Source of the DNA: Lachnospiraceae bacterium | Lineage (GTDB): Bacteria > Bacillota > Clostridia > Lachnospirales > Lachnospiraceae | Assembly (NCBI GenBank): GCA_024403375.1 | Contig: JAKSRZ010000001.1 | Span: 11,303 to 75,302, forward strand | DNA: 64,000 bases | Direction: 5' to 3' | Shown: positions 48,021 to 56,647 of the stretch, one piece after another | How the letters are laid out: each line of letters begins with the position of its first letter | Position numbering within the stretch: position 1 is the first letter of the stretch | The notes under the pieces: generated by a model | Told to the model about the DNA's origin: nothing | Seen by the model: the letters and a program-made list of their open reading frames with translations, nothing else | Database searches by the model: none | Translations under genes and position numbers: made by a program

Positions 48021-50009
48021 ATGAGCAAACCAAGTTATTACATTACAACTGCGATTGCTTATACTTCAGCCACACCTCACATCGGTAACACGTATGAAGC
48101 AATACTTGCGGATTCTATCGCTCGCTACAAACGCCTCAGGGGCTACGACGTATTCTTCCAGACGGGTACCGACGAGCATGGTATGAAGATTGAGGACGCA
48201 GCTAAAGCAAAGGGAATTACTCCCAAGGAATACGTTGATAAGGTAGCCGGAGACATCAGAAGAATCTGGGATCGCGTTAATTGTTCCTATGATAAGTTCA
48301 TCAGAACAACTGATGCCGATCACGAAAAGCAGGTTCAGAAAATCTTTAAGAAGTTTTATGATCAGGGAGATATTTATAAGGGCTATTACGAAGGCCTTTA
48401 CTGTAAGCCCTGTGAATCCTTCTGGACAGCTTCACAGCTTGTTGACGGCAAATGTCCCGACTGCGGACGTGAAGTTATTCCCGCAAAGGAAGAGGCATAT
48501 TTCTTTAAGATGAGCAAATATGCACCCAAGCTTATTGAATATATTAACGAACATCCTGAATTCATTCAGCCCGTTGCACGTAAGAATGAGATGATGAACA
48601 ACTTCCTTCTTCCGGGCCTTCAGGATCTTTGCGTTTCAAGAACAACCTTCAAATGGGGAATTCCTGTAGATTTCGATGACAAGCATGTAGTTTACGTATG
48701 GCTCGATGCCCTTTCAAACTATATCACCGGAATCGGTTATGACGTAGACGGCAACTCCACAGAACAGTTCAAAAAATTGTGGCCTGCTGACCTTCATCTT
48801 ATAGGAAAAGATATTATCCGTTTCCATACAATTTATTGGCCCATCTTCCTTATGGCCCTTGGCCTTCCTCTTCCTAAGCAGGTATTCGGCCATCCTTGGC
48901 TCCTTCAGGGCGGCGAGAAGATGAGTAAATCAAGAGGCAACGTACTTTATGCCGAAGACCTTTGTGACGTTTTCGGTGTTGACGCCGTTCGTTATTTCGT
49001 TCTTCACGAAATGCCTTTTGATAACGACGGAAGCATCACCTGGGAGCTCCTTACCGAGCGTCTCAATTCCGAACTTGCAAACACTCTCGGAAACCTTGTA
49101 AACCGCACAATTTCCATGTCCAACAAATACTTCGGCGGACAGGTTAAGAATGCCGGCGTATCCGAGCCCGTTGATGATGACCTTAAGGCAGTAGTTACAG
49201 GCTCAGTCGATAAAGTATTTGCAAAAATGGACGAACTCCGCGTTGCAGATGCTATTACAGAAGTTTTCAACGTATACAAGCGTTGCAACAAATACATTGA
49301 CGAAACAATGCCTTGGGCACTTGCAAAAGATCCCGATAAGCAGGCAAGACTCCAGACAGTCCTTTACAACCTTATCGAGTCCATTACAATCGCCACAAAC
49401 CTTCTCAGACCCTTCATGCCCGAAACTGCAGAAAAGATTTTCGCACAGCTTAACGTTGAAGCAAGAGAATATGACACACTTACACAGTTCGGACTTATTT
49501 CCGACGGTGCAAAGGTTACAGAGACACCCGAAATCCTTTTCGCACGTCTCGACGTAAACGAAATACTCGCTAAGGGCGAAGAAATCCGTGCAAAGCAGGC
49601 TGAAGCCTATGCAAAAGAAAACGGACTTCCACTCCCCGGCGAAGAAAAGAAGGCGGAAGACGAAATCAAACTCGAGATGAAGGAAGAAATAACCTTTGAT
49701 GACTTCGGCAAAATGCAGTTTGCAGTAGGCGAAATCATCAAATGCGAAGAAGTGCCCAAATCAAAGAAGCTCCTTTGCGCACAGGTCAAGATCGGTGACC
49801 AGGTTAAACAGATAGTTTCCGGTATCAAAGCCCACTATTCCCCTGAAGAAATGGTTGGAAAGAAAGTCATGGTTCTCGTTAACCTTAAGCCCGCAAAACT
49901 CGCAGGAGTCCTTTCAGAAGGCATGCTCCTCTGTGCAGAAGGCCCTGACGGAACACTTGCACTTATGACACCAGAAAAAGACTTACCATCAGGTTCCGAA
50001 ATTTGCTAA
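48021..50009 (+). CDS. metG: methionine--tRNA ligase with a C-terminal tRNA-binding domain
   Basis: 662-aa ORF with a HIGH-type motif (TPHIGN), KMSKS, the zinc knuckle CPDCG and a Trbp111/EMAP-like C-terminus. Confidence 0.95.
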   Translation: MSKPSYYITTAIAYTSATPHIGNTYEAILADSIARYKRLRGYDVFFQTGTDEHGMKIEDAAKAKGITPKEYVDKVAGDIRRIWDRVNCSYDKFIRTTDADHEKQVQKIFKKFYDQGDIYKGYYEGLYCKPCESFWTASQLVDGKCPDCGREVIPAKEEAYFFKMSKYAPKLIEYINEHPEFIQPVARKNEMMNNFLLPGLQDLCVSRTTFKWGIPVDFDDKHVVYVWLDALSNYITGIGYDVDGNSTEQFKKLWPADLHLIGKDIIRFHTIYWPIFLMALGLPLPKQVFGHPWLLQGGEKMSKSRGNVLYAEDLCDVFGVDAVRYFVLHEMPFDNDGSITWELLTERLNSELANTLGNLVNRTISMSNKYFGGQVKNAGVSEPVDDDLKAVVTGSVDKVFAKMDELRVADAITEVFNVYKRCNKYIDETMPWALAKDPDKQARLQTVLYNLIESITIATNLLRPFMPETAEKIFAQLNVEAREYDTLTQFGLISDGAKVTETPEILFARLDVNEILAKGEEIRAKQAEAYAKENGLPLPGEEKKAEDEIKLEMKEEITFDDFGKMQFAVGEIIKCEEVPKSKKLLCAQVKIGDQVKQIVSGIKAHYSPEEMVGKKVMVLVNLKPAKLAGVLSEGMLLCAEGPDGTLALMTPEKDLPSGSEIC

Positions 50010-50016
50010 ATACCAC

Positions 50017-50045
50017 AAAAGAGGCACAATAATGCCTCTTTTTTT
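50017..50045 (+). terminator. intrinsic terminator after metG
   Basis: AGAGGCA-CAAUAA-UGCCUCU followed by U6-7. Confidence 0.7.
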
Positions 50046-50083
50046 GCGAAAAAAGTGACGAATTGAGTGTAGCCACGCCGGCG

Positions 50084-50250
50084 CGGTATCTCGACCTCGA
50101 CACTTATGCCAGAGACCTCGGGACGAGGTCTCTGGCAGCTTCTCGGTATCTTTACCTCGCATTTATTGTATGCGACCTCGGGACGAGGTCGCGGGCTGTT
50201 TTGCGGTATCTATACCTCGCGGCAAAGCCTAAAGACCGCGGTCATTCTTG
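50084..50250. repeat. 60-bp tandem repeat (about 2.7 copies), each unit with a GC-rich hairpin
   Basis: CGGTATC recurs at 50084, 50144 and 50204. GACCTCGGGACGAGGTC recurs at 50114 and 50174. The third unit is degenerate (GACCGCGGTC at 50234). Confidence 0.85.
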
Positions 50251-50271
50251 GGCGCGTGTCGTCTTTTTTAC

Positions 50272-50306
50272 AAAAAAAGCCGAGAGGCAAGTAATTGTCT
50301 CTCGGC
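50272..50306 (-). terminator. intrinsic terminator after pckA
   Basis: On the minus strand, GCCGAGAG-12 nt-CUCUCGGC followed by U7. Confidence 0.65.
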
Positions 50307-50321
50307 GCATTTGTTATTTTA

Positions 50322-52118
50322 TTACTTCTTTGTAACCTTCTTTGCAGGTGCTTTCTTTGCGGGAGCTGCCTTCTTTGCAGGTGCTGCCTTTCCATCAAGC
50401 TTAGGCATTTCAGCAATAACCTTCTTAAGAGCCTTAAGAGCCTCATCAGGAAGCTTATCGTAGCCTTCGTTCTTTGTTGCGAAGCCTTCTACTGCATCTA
50501 CACGTGTCTGCATTGCTGCTGCAAGTGCATCAACGTATGCCTTATCTGTAAGGTCAGGAGTGAAGTCACCTGTCTTACCGGACCAATCTGTCATGATCTC
50601 GATATCTTCGAAGTTGCCCCACTTTGTGAACTTAGCCTTTCCTTCAACGATTGTCTCAAGAATGCCAAGTGTATCTTCCTTCTTACACTTCTTGCCCATG
50701 AAGTCGCCTGTGTTTACGATGTAGCAAGCAACGTTCTTCTCTTCAACGAGCTTCTTGAACTTAACATAGTCGTTCTTAAGAGGATATGTTCTGAAAGGAT
50801 TTGCATAAGGAACGATACGAATTGCGTTCATATCTGTACCTGCTGCAACACGCTCTGCGGAAGATGTCTTTGTTGCAAGTGTAGCACCCATAACAGCTGC
50901 AAGAGCAGAGCCCTTAAGCTTAACTACGGGAGGGATTGTAGGATCCTTCATGATCCAGAAAATAGCGTTAACAGGGGAATCAATCTTATCAACGCGGTTA
51001 GGGCTCCAAAGCTTGGACTTGATAGCACGGCCGTTACCGTTTCTGATATCTTCTGTTACGAGCTGAACCTTACCATCCTCGTCGATTGTTGCAGAACAGT
51101 TCTGAACTGTGATGAGGTATTCGTTATCAGGACATCCTGTAGGATAGTCAGCTGTCTTATCGAAGTATGTAGGCTCGAGTGCGATGGAAGCACATGTATC
51201 GGAGTTGATGATGAATGCGTCATCATGAAGAACCTTGATACCGCCGTCCTTATCGTACTTGCCGCCATGCTTAGCATGTGTAAGTGTGGACTTACCTGAA
51301 CCTGAAAGGCCGTAAACAGAAGCAACGAACTTCTTGCCGCCCTTAAGGGAGTATTCCTTCTGGCCGCCGTGGCATGATGCGTAACCGTTTCTGTTAGCAA
51401 TTGCCCATGCGATTGTAAGTGTGCCCTTCTTGTGCTCACCGAAGTACTTCATACCAAGGATACAAGCACAGTTCTGCTCTGTATCGAAGTAGCAAAGTGT
51501 ACGAGGATCGCTTAGGCAGCTGAGATCAAGGTCAGGTGCTTCGTGGGGCTCCCACTGAGGATCTGAGAAGATGTAGATATCGGACTCTTTGCCCTTACCA
51601 ACAGGCTGAGACTCTTTGTACATCTTTGCGTATGTGTCTGAAATGTACTGGAAGTTAAGCATCCAGTTGTAAAGAAGATTCTCTTCTCCTTCAGGAATAA
51701 GGAGGTGAGCCTTTACCATGAACTCGGGATCAAGACCGATTACACACTCAGCGTGGTAGAGAGTCTTCCAACGAGCTTCATAAACAGCATCCATAACAAC
51801 CTTGTCAAGCTTAGCGTCATCAACGCCGGGCTGACCCTTGATACGACGAGCTGCAGCGTAACGTCCTGTAACAGCACCATCGTTGAAAAGAAGAACCTTA
51901 GCGTCCTTCTCAAGGCCGAAGAGTTCGCCGTCCTTTACGGGCATATCTGTAACAACTGTACCGGGAGACTGAATAGCAAGCTTGTAAGCTTCCTTCAGTG
52001 TGTTTACCTTAACAACATTGTTGCCGTAAAAAGCAGCTTCGATGATGGAACGAGTCTTGGAAAAACCAACTTTACCCGCACCGATTTCTGAGGGCTTGTA
52101 AAAAGCTTTTGTTGACAT
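50322..52118 (-). CDS. pckA: phosphoenolpyruvate carboxykinase (ATP) with a Lys/Ala/Pro-rich C-terminal tail
   Basis: 598-aa ORF with kinase-1a loop YGLSGSGKSTLTH and conserved PEPCK-ATP blocks. RBS AAGGAGGA. Confidence 0.95.
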   Translation of the reverse strand: MSTKAFYKPSEIGAGKVGFSKTRSIIEAAFYGNNVVKVNTLKEAYKLAIQSPGTVVTDMPVKDGELFGLEKDAKVLLFNDGAVTGRYAAARRIKGQPGVDDAKLDKVVMDAVYEARWKTLYHAECVIGLDPEFMVKAHLLIPEGEENLLYNWMLNFQYISDTYAKMYKESQPVGKGKESDIYIFSDPQWEPHEAPDLDLSCLSDPRTLCYFDTEQNCACILGMKYFGEHKKGTLTIAWAIANRNGYASCHGGQKEYSLKGGKKFVASVYGLSGSGKSTLTHAKHGGKYDKDGGIKVLHDDAFIINSDTCASIALEPTYFDKTADYPTGCPDNEYLITVQNCSATIDEDGKVQLVTEDIRNGNGRAIKSKLWSPNRVDKIDSPVNAIFWIMKDPTIPPVVKLKGSALAAVMGATLATKTSSAERVAAGTDMNAIRIVPYANPFRTYPLKNDYVKFKKLVEEKNVACYIVNTGDFMGKKCKKEDTLGILETIVEGKAKFTKWGNFEDIEIMTDWSGKTGDFTPDLTDKAYVDALAAAMQTRVDAVEGFATKNEGYDKLPDEALKALKKVIAEMPKLDGKAAPAKKAAPAKKAPAKKVTKK

Positions 52119-52177
52119 ATAAATGTCCTCCTTATTGATTTATATTTAGAAAGTAAAACCGAAATATAACCGAGTAC

Positions 52178-52205
52178 ATTATATCTAACTTTTATTCAAT
52201 GTCAA
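52178..52205 (-). promoter_or_regulatory. consensus sigma-A promoter of pckA
   Basis: On the minus strand, TTGACA-16 nt-TATAAT, about 60 nt upstream of the ATG. Confidence 0.6.
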
Positions 52206-52281
52206 TCACGTTTATACATATTTTATGCGGGTTTAGGCATTATTAAGAAACACTTGGTAATATTTGCCATGTTTTTGCAAT

Positions 52282-53439
52282 CTATTTGCAAATAAGTACA
52301 AATTCTGTAGGAATAAGGTTGCCGCCATAGTGTCTGAAGTAGAACTTGTAATCGTTGCGGATGGATTCTATCAGCACCGGAAGTCGCCATAAGTCATCGT
52401 ATCCGTGATATACGCACACTGCAAGCTTAGGTTTTTCGTTAATGATGTGCTGTCTTGCGCCGCACAGTACGCCATATTCTGCGCCTTCCACATCCATTTT
52501 GATAAAGGTAACCGGTTCTTTAATATCGTCATCCAGTGTTACAAGCTCAACCTTGGTGCCTTCGCCCTCGTTTTTCAGCTTATTCGCGCTGTCACTTGAA
52601 TCATTTTCCTCCAGAACAAGCCAGTCTGCATGGTCACCCACGCCTTTATTGATGGGATAAATATCGTGGCCGGTCTTCGAGAGCTCTATAAGAGCGTTGT
52701 AAGACTCTTTCGAGATTTCGTAGGCATAGATTTTCTTATAGCCTGCGCCGTATATTGATGCATAGTCCACAATCGAGTCGCCGACATAGGCACCGACATC
52801 CACAAATACATCATCTCTGTTTGATCTGAAGATGTCCGGTTCGAAATAATCCTTGTAGGGTGATTTAACCAGAGAAACGAAATTCGTGTCCAGTTTTAGC
52901 CAGTTTTTTATAAGAGCTATAAGTGTATATTTTGAATCGTAGTCTTCAAATCTTTCGTAAAGCCACATAAAATCTATTATGTGATGCTTCAGCGTTTTTG
53001 CTCTGTTTTCAAAGCTGGTCCAATTATTCTCTTCCGGATTAAGGCTTCCCCAAAAGGAATAGCTGTCAAAATACTCTTCGACTCGTTTCTGGTCGCCAAC
53101 TTTCAAGCCAAAAAAGGCTTTTTTCAGCATTTCAACAATGTTGTCCAAGGAATAGCCCATAATCTCCTTGGCAATATCAAAAAAAGCTGCGTCGTACGCG
53201 TTTACAGTTTCAAATGGTCTGGATATATATACAGTCATTCTGTCCATTACGCCGAACCACTCTTCATCATCCATAGTGCTTGTTTCAAGAGCATTAGCAA
53301 CATCAAAATTCATGGCTTTGGTCATTTCTGTTTCAATCAGTTTTCTGACAGAGGCTCTTATACTGTCATTATTGTTCATTTTCAAAATATCCGCGGATTC
53401 TTGCAAAAGCTGCCTTATTTCTTGTTCTGTCTGATTCAT
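52282..53439 (-). CDS. FkbM-family SAM-dependent methyltransferase with an unassigned ~190-aa N-terminal domain
   Basis: Start at the ATG at 53439 (RBS GGAGG). FkbM blocks VFVDVGAYVGDS and FIKMDVEGAEYGVL lie in the C-terminal half. Confidence 0.8.
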   Translation of the reverse strand: MNQTEQEIRQLLQESADILKMNNNDSIRASVRKLIETEMTKAMNFDVANALETSTMDDEEWFGVMDRMTVYISRPFETVNAYDAAFFDIAKEIMGYSLDNIVEMLKKAFFGLKVGDQKRVEEYFDSYSFWGSLNPEENNWTSFENRAKTLKHHIIDFMWLYERFEDYDSKYTLIALIKNWLKLDTNFVSLVKSPYKDYFEPDIFRSNRDDVFVDVGAYVGDSIVDYASIYGAGYKKIYAYEISKESYNALIELSKTGHDIYPINKGVGDHADWLVLEENDSSDSANKLKNEGEGTKVELVTLDDDIKEPVTFIKMDVEGAEYGVLCGARQHIINEKPKLAVCVYHGYDDLWRLPVLIESIRNDYKFYFRHYGGNLIPTEFVLICK

Positions 53440-53635
53440 TGAACTGCCTCCAAAACATAATATAAGTGTGTATCGGCTTTTTTGTCGCATATAATGATAC
53501 CTGCATTCTCAGGCATCGGGCCACATATTGTATAAACTTTTTATAAACACCACAATTGTTTATGCGGTTTACACAATTTAGCCAGCTCGCTTTTGTGCAT
53601 TTTAGACAAAAACATTCCAAAAAGTTTATAGTTTA

Positions 53636-53664
53636 TTGACAAATTGTACATATTTTGATAATAT
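53636..53664 (+). promoter_or_regulatory. near-consensus extended -10 promoter with no downstream plus-strand gene
   Basis: TTGACA-17 nt-TAATAT, with TG at the extended -10 position (TGATAATAT). See findings. Confidence 0.4.
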
Positions 53665-53870
53665 ATACGAGGTTGATACGGAGAAGGTATTTTCCAGAGA
53701 GAGAAGCGAACCCATTATTGAGGGTCGTGGGAGGGACTTTTTATATGAAAAAGGGCATCATGAAAGCGCCGGTGTACACCGCGGGCTGATTGGTGTCCGT
53801 TTTTCTTTTTAATGTACCCAAGCTGGCTTTGGGGACGTCTTGTAGCTATGTTATTAACAGTAATTCAACG

Positions 53871-53923
53871 AAAAAACGGATCTATGGTTGCCGGTCGGCA
53901 AGCCAAAGATCCGTAATTTTTTT
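53871..53923. terminator. bidirectional terminator (serves the aminopeptidase gene on the minus strand)
   Basis: A6-ACGGAUCU...UUGCC-GGUC-GGCAA...AGAUCCGU-AA-U7. Long compound stem with U-tracts on both strands. Confidence 0.7.
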
Positions 53924-53926
53924 CTT

Positions 53927-55198
53927 TTACTTATAGAACTCCTTCATAAGCTTTATGAGTGCTTCTTCGTCATCATATCCCATAAGTTCTCTTGCTGAAT
54001 GCATTGCAAGCATGGGAACACCGATATCCACGGTGCGCATGGGAAGGTGTGATGAAATCATGGGGCCTAATGTACGGCCGCCGGCTACGTCTGAGTGGTT
54101 TGCGTATTTTGTATACTTAGCTCCCGCTGCCTCGCACAGTGAAACTGCTGTTGCAACGGCTGAAGTATCAAAGGTATATCGCTGGTTTGAGTTGATTTTA
54201 ATCATTACTCCGGAATTCATGGGAGCATTGTTTATAGGATCATACTTTTCAGGATGTGAGGGGTGTGTTGCGTGTGCAACATCCACAGAGAAAAGGAAGC
54301 TTCCGAGAATTGAATCGGTAAGGCTTTCCGGTGCAAATCCAAGTCCGGCATAAATCTTCTTAAGGATTGTTTCAAGAAGTGCGGAATCTGCACCCTGCTT
54401 TGTTCCGCTGCCGATTTCTTCATGATCGAACAGGGCCGCAATGTTGCTACCGTCTGCTCTTGTACAGGAGGAAATGCCTTCAAGAAGTGCATAGCCGGAC
54501 GTAAGATTATCAAGGCGAGGAGAAGAAATCATATCCTCATTGTAACCGATAACTTCCGGCTTATCACAGCAGTAAACATATAAATCAAAATCAAGAATAA
54601 ATGCGGAATCCACATCAAGCTCACGAGCAAGCGCCTCAATGAAAAATGCGTCCTTATCCTGTCCTTCCTTCATAGGTCCAAAGGTAGGAATCAGATCTGT
54701 CTGAGGCTTAAGCTCTGTGCCTCTGTTCAGCTCTCTGTTCATATGAATTGCAAGATTCGGAACCGTACATACCGGACGCTTAAAGTCCACATATCTTATT
54801 TCAGGAGAATAACTGTCTCTTCCCTTAAGAGCCACAATTCCGGCAACGGAAAGGGGACGATCCATCCATGTATTGTTTATGGGGCCGCCGTAAACCTCGG
54901 TATCTATCTTCATATAGTCACCGTTACGAAGCTCAGCCTTTGGCTTCAGGTGAAGACAAGGATGATCAGTGTGAGCTGCGGCGATGTGGAAATTCTGTGT
55001 TTCCTCTACGCTTTCTCCTACTGTAAAAGCAACAAGAGTTGTGGAAAACGCCTTTATAAAGTAACGTCCGCCGTTTTCTATTGCAAAAGGTTTATCAAGC
55101 TTAAGCTCCTGAAAGCCTTCTTCCTCCAGCATTTCTGCTGATACCTTCACCACCTGATGAGGTGTGACGCCTGCTGCCAAGTATTCCAATAATTCCAT
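53927..55198 (-). CDS. M18-family (aspartyl) aminopeptidase
   Basis: Start at the ATG at 55198 after GGAGGTAAGT. Metal-ligand blocks AAAHTDHP, FDHEEIGS, DVAHATHP and LAMHSARE. Confidence 0.85.
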   Translation of the reverse strand: MELLEYLAAGVTPHQVVKVSAEMLEEEGFQELKLDKPFAIENGGRYFIKAFSTTLVAFTVGESVEETQNFHIAAAHTDHPCLHLKPKAELRNGDYMKIDTEVYGGPINNTWMDRPLSVAGIVALKGRDSYSPEIRYVDFKRPVCTVPNLAIHMNRELNRGTELKPQTDLIPTFGPMKEGQDKDAFFIEALARELDVDSAFILDFDLYVYCCDKPEVIGYNEDMISSPRLDNLTSGYALLEGISSCTRADGSNIAALFDHEEIGSGTKQGADSALLETILKKIYAGLGFAPESLTDSILGSFLFSVDVAHATHPSHPEKYDPINNAPMNSGVMIKINSNQRYTFDTSAVATAVSLCEAAGAKYTKYANHSDVAGGRTLGPMISSHLPMRTVDIGVPMLAMHSARELMGYDDEEALIKLMKEFYK

Positions 55199-55308
55199 AC
55201 TTACCTCCAAAATCTTAAATTACAACAAATAATTGACTATATTCTACCACACTCTTTTCTTTTCTGATATACTGAATTAACACAGATTTGTTAAAAGAGG
55301 AGGCAAAA

Positions 55309-56028
55309 ATGGACATTCGCGGTCTTTCAAAGCTCACATTGTTAGATTACCCCGAGCACATCGCCTGCACGCTCTTCACCGGAGGGTGTAATTTCAGATG
55401 CCCATTCTGCCATAACGGAGGTCTTGTCCTTGATTCCACCGCTCAGCCTCAGATTGATGATTCTCTTCTTTTTGACTTTCTTAACGCCAGAAAAGGGAAA
55501 CTTGAGGGTGTATGCATCACCGGCGGCGAACCTACTATTCAGCAAGGGCTTTCCGATATTCTTAAGAAAATCAAGGCTATGGGGTTTCTTACAAAACTTG
55601 ATACTAACGGATATCAGCCTGCCGTTCTTCTGGATCTGATAAGCAAAGGGTTGTTGGATATGGTGGCAATGGATATAAAAAATGCACCCGGCAAATATGC
55701 TGAGACTGCAGGCCTCAATCCCCGTACTTTCGATTTGGGAAGAATTAATGAAAGTATCTCTATCCTTAAAAATTCGGGCGTGGCTCACGAGTTCAGAACT
55801 ACCATTGTCCGGGAGTACCACACAAAGATTGACATGGCTGAAATCAGCGAGTGGCTTTCGGGCCCGTCCGCTTATTATCTGCAAGCCTATAAGGACGCAG
55901 AGGATATCATATACAAATACAACAAGTCTTCGGCGGTATCCGCTCCAACAGACCTTGAGATGATGACATACCTCAGCATTGTACGCACTCATCTTCCTAA
56001 TTCACACATCAGAGGCTCGGAAGAATAA
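55309..56028 (+). CDS. radical-SAM glycyl-radical-enzyme activase (NrdG family)
   Basis: Start at the ATG at 55309 (RBS AGAGGAGG). CNFRCPFCHN cluster motif near the N-terminus. Length about 239 aa. Confidence 0.8.
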   Translation: MDIRGLSKLTLLDYPEHIACTLFTGGCNFRCPFCHNGGLVLDSTAQPQIDDSLLFDFLNARKGKLEGVCITGGEPTIQQGLSDILKKIKAMGFLTKLDTNGYQPAVLLDLISKGLLDMVAMDIKNAPGKYAETAGLNPRTFDLGRINESISILKNSGVAHEFRTTIVREYHTKIDMAEISEWLSGPSAYYLQAYKDAEDIIYKYNKSSAVSAPTDLEMMTYLSIVRTHLPNSHIRGSEE

Positions 56029-56573
56029 TGAATTTTGTTTACGAAACAGAACACTTATATATGCAGACGCTCATAGAAAGTGATGCACCAATCCTTTTGG
56101 ATTTTTGCAGGCGTAATGCGGATTTCTTCGCTCCTTTTGAGCCTAAGCAACCCGAAAGATTTCTTACCGAGGAATATCAACGCCTCATGATTAATGGCTT
56201 TTCTCAGCAGTTTTTAAGGCTTCAGGCCGCACGCTATTACCTGTTTGAAAAAAATCGCGACGACAGAATTGTAGGATGCGTGGGACTCTCAGAAATCCAT
56301 ACAGGCAACGATCGCTGTGCTAAAATTCTGTATAAAGTTGATCGTCTTTTCTGTGGCCGCGGTTATGCCGTTGAGGCATCACAAAAGCTCATTTCCGAGG
56401 CTGTGAGCTCTCTGAATCTGCATCGAATCGAAGCAGACATCCTGCTTTCGAATGAGCCCTCAAAACGGGTAGCGGAAAAGCTTGGATTTGAGTATGAAGG
56501 TATTGCCCGCAGTTCTCATAAAATTAACGGAAAGTGGGAAGACCACGCACGTTACGCACTTATTTGCGACTAG
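56028..56573 (+). CDS. GNAT N-acetyltransferase (RimJ/RimL-like)
   Basis: 181-aa ORF coupled to the upstream gene by a TAATG overlap. Acetyl-CoA-binding block CGRGYAVEA and LHRIEADILLSNEPSKRVAEKLGF. Confidence 0.75.
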   Translation: MNFVYETEHLYMQTLIESDAPILLDFCRRNADFFAPFEPKQPERFLTEEYQRLMINGFSQQFLRLQAARYYLFEKNRDDRIVGCVGLSEIHTGNDRCAKILYKVDRLFCGRGYAVEASQKLISEAVSSLNLHRIEADILLSNEPSKRVAEKLGFEYEGIARSSHKINGKWEDHARYALICD

Positions 56574-56647
56574 TCAACTCTTTACTTTTACCTGTTTTCA
56601 TTGTACAATTTGTCAAGTCACTTAAGTAATTTTAAGAGGAATTAAAA

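Noticed and set aside
50084-50250. Possible mini-CRISPR array
   Set aside because: There are only about 2.7 units. The whole 60-bp unit, including the would-be spacer, is repeated rather than a repeat alternating with unique spacers. No cas genes or leader are present in the window.
50063-50335. 90-aa ORF spanning the 60-bp repeats
   Set aside because: It has a non-ATG start and no RBS. Its repetitive peptide (RYLDL...DLGTRS) merely mirrors the DNA repeat. It runs through the pckA terminator and into the end of pckA on the wrong strand.
50295-51299. 334-aa plus-strand ORF antisense to pckA
   Set aside because: Its product is Cys/Leu-rich nonsense. The opposite strand encodes a complete PEPCK with its kinase motif. 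It also starts inside the pckA terminator region.
53671-53810. Known riboswitch or leader classes for the orphan transcript (T-box, SAM-I, ZTP)
   Set aside because: Only fragments resemble them. GGUGUACACCGCG differs from the invariant T-box GGUGGUACCGCG. GGGAGGGAC is present, but the rest of the SAM-I core is not colinear. GGGUCGUG is present, but the ZTP ACUGGCG / CCGCCUGGGC pseudoknot is absent. There is also no plus-strand gene downstream to regulate.
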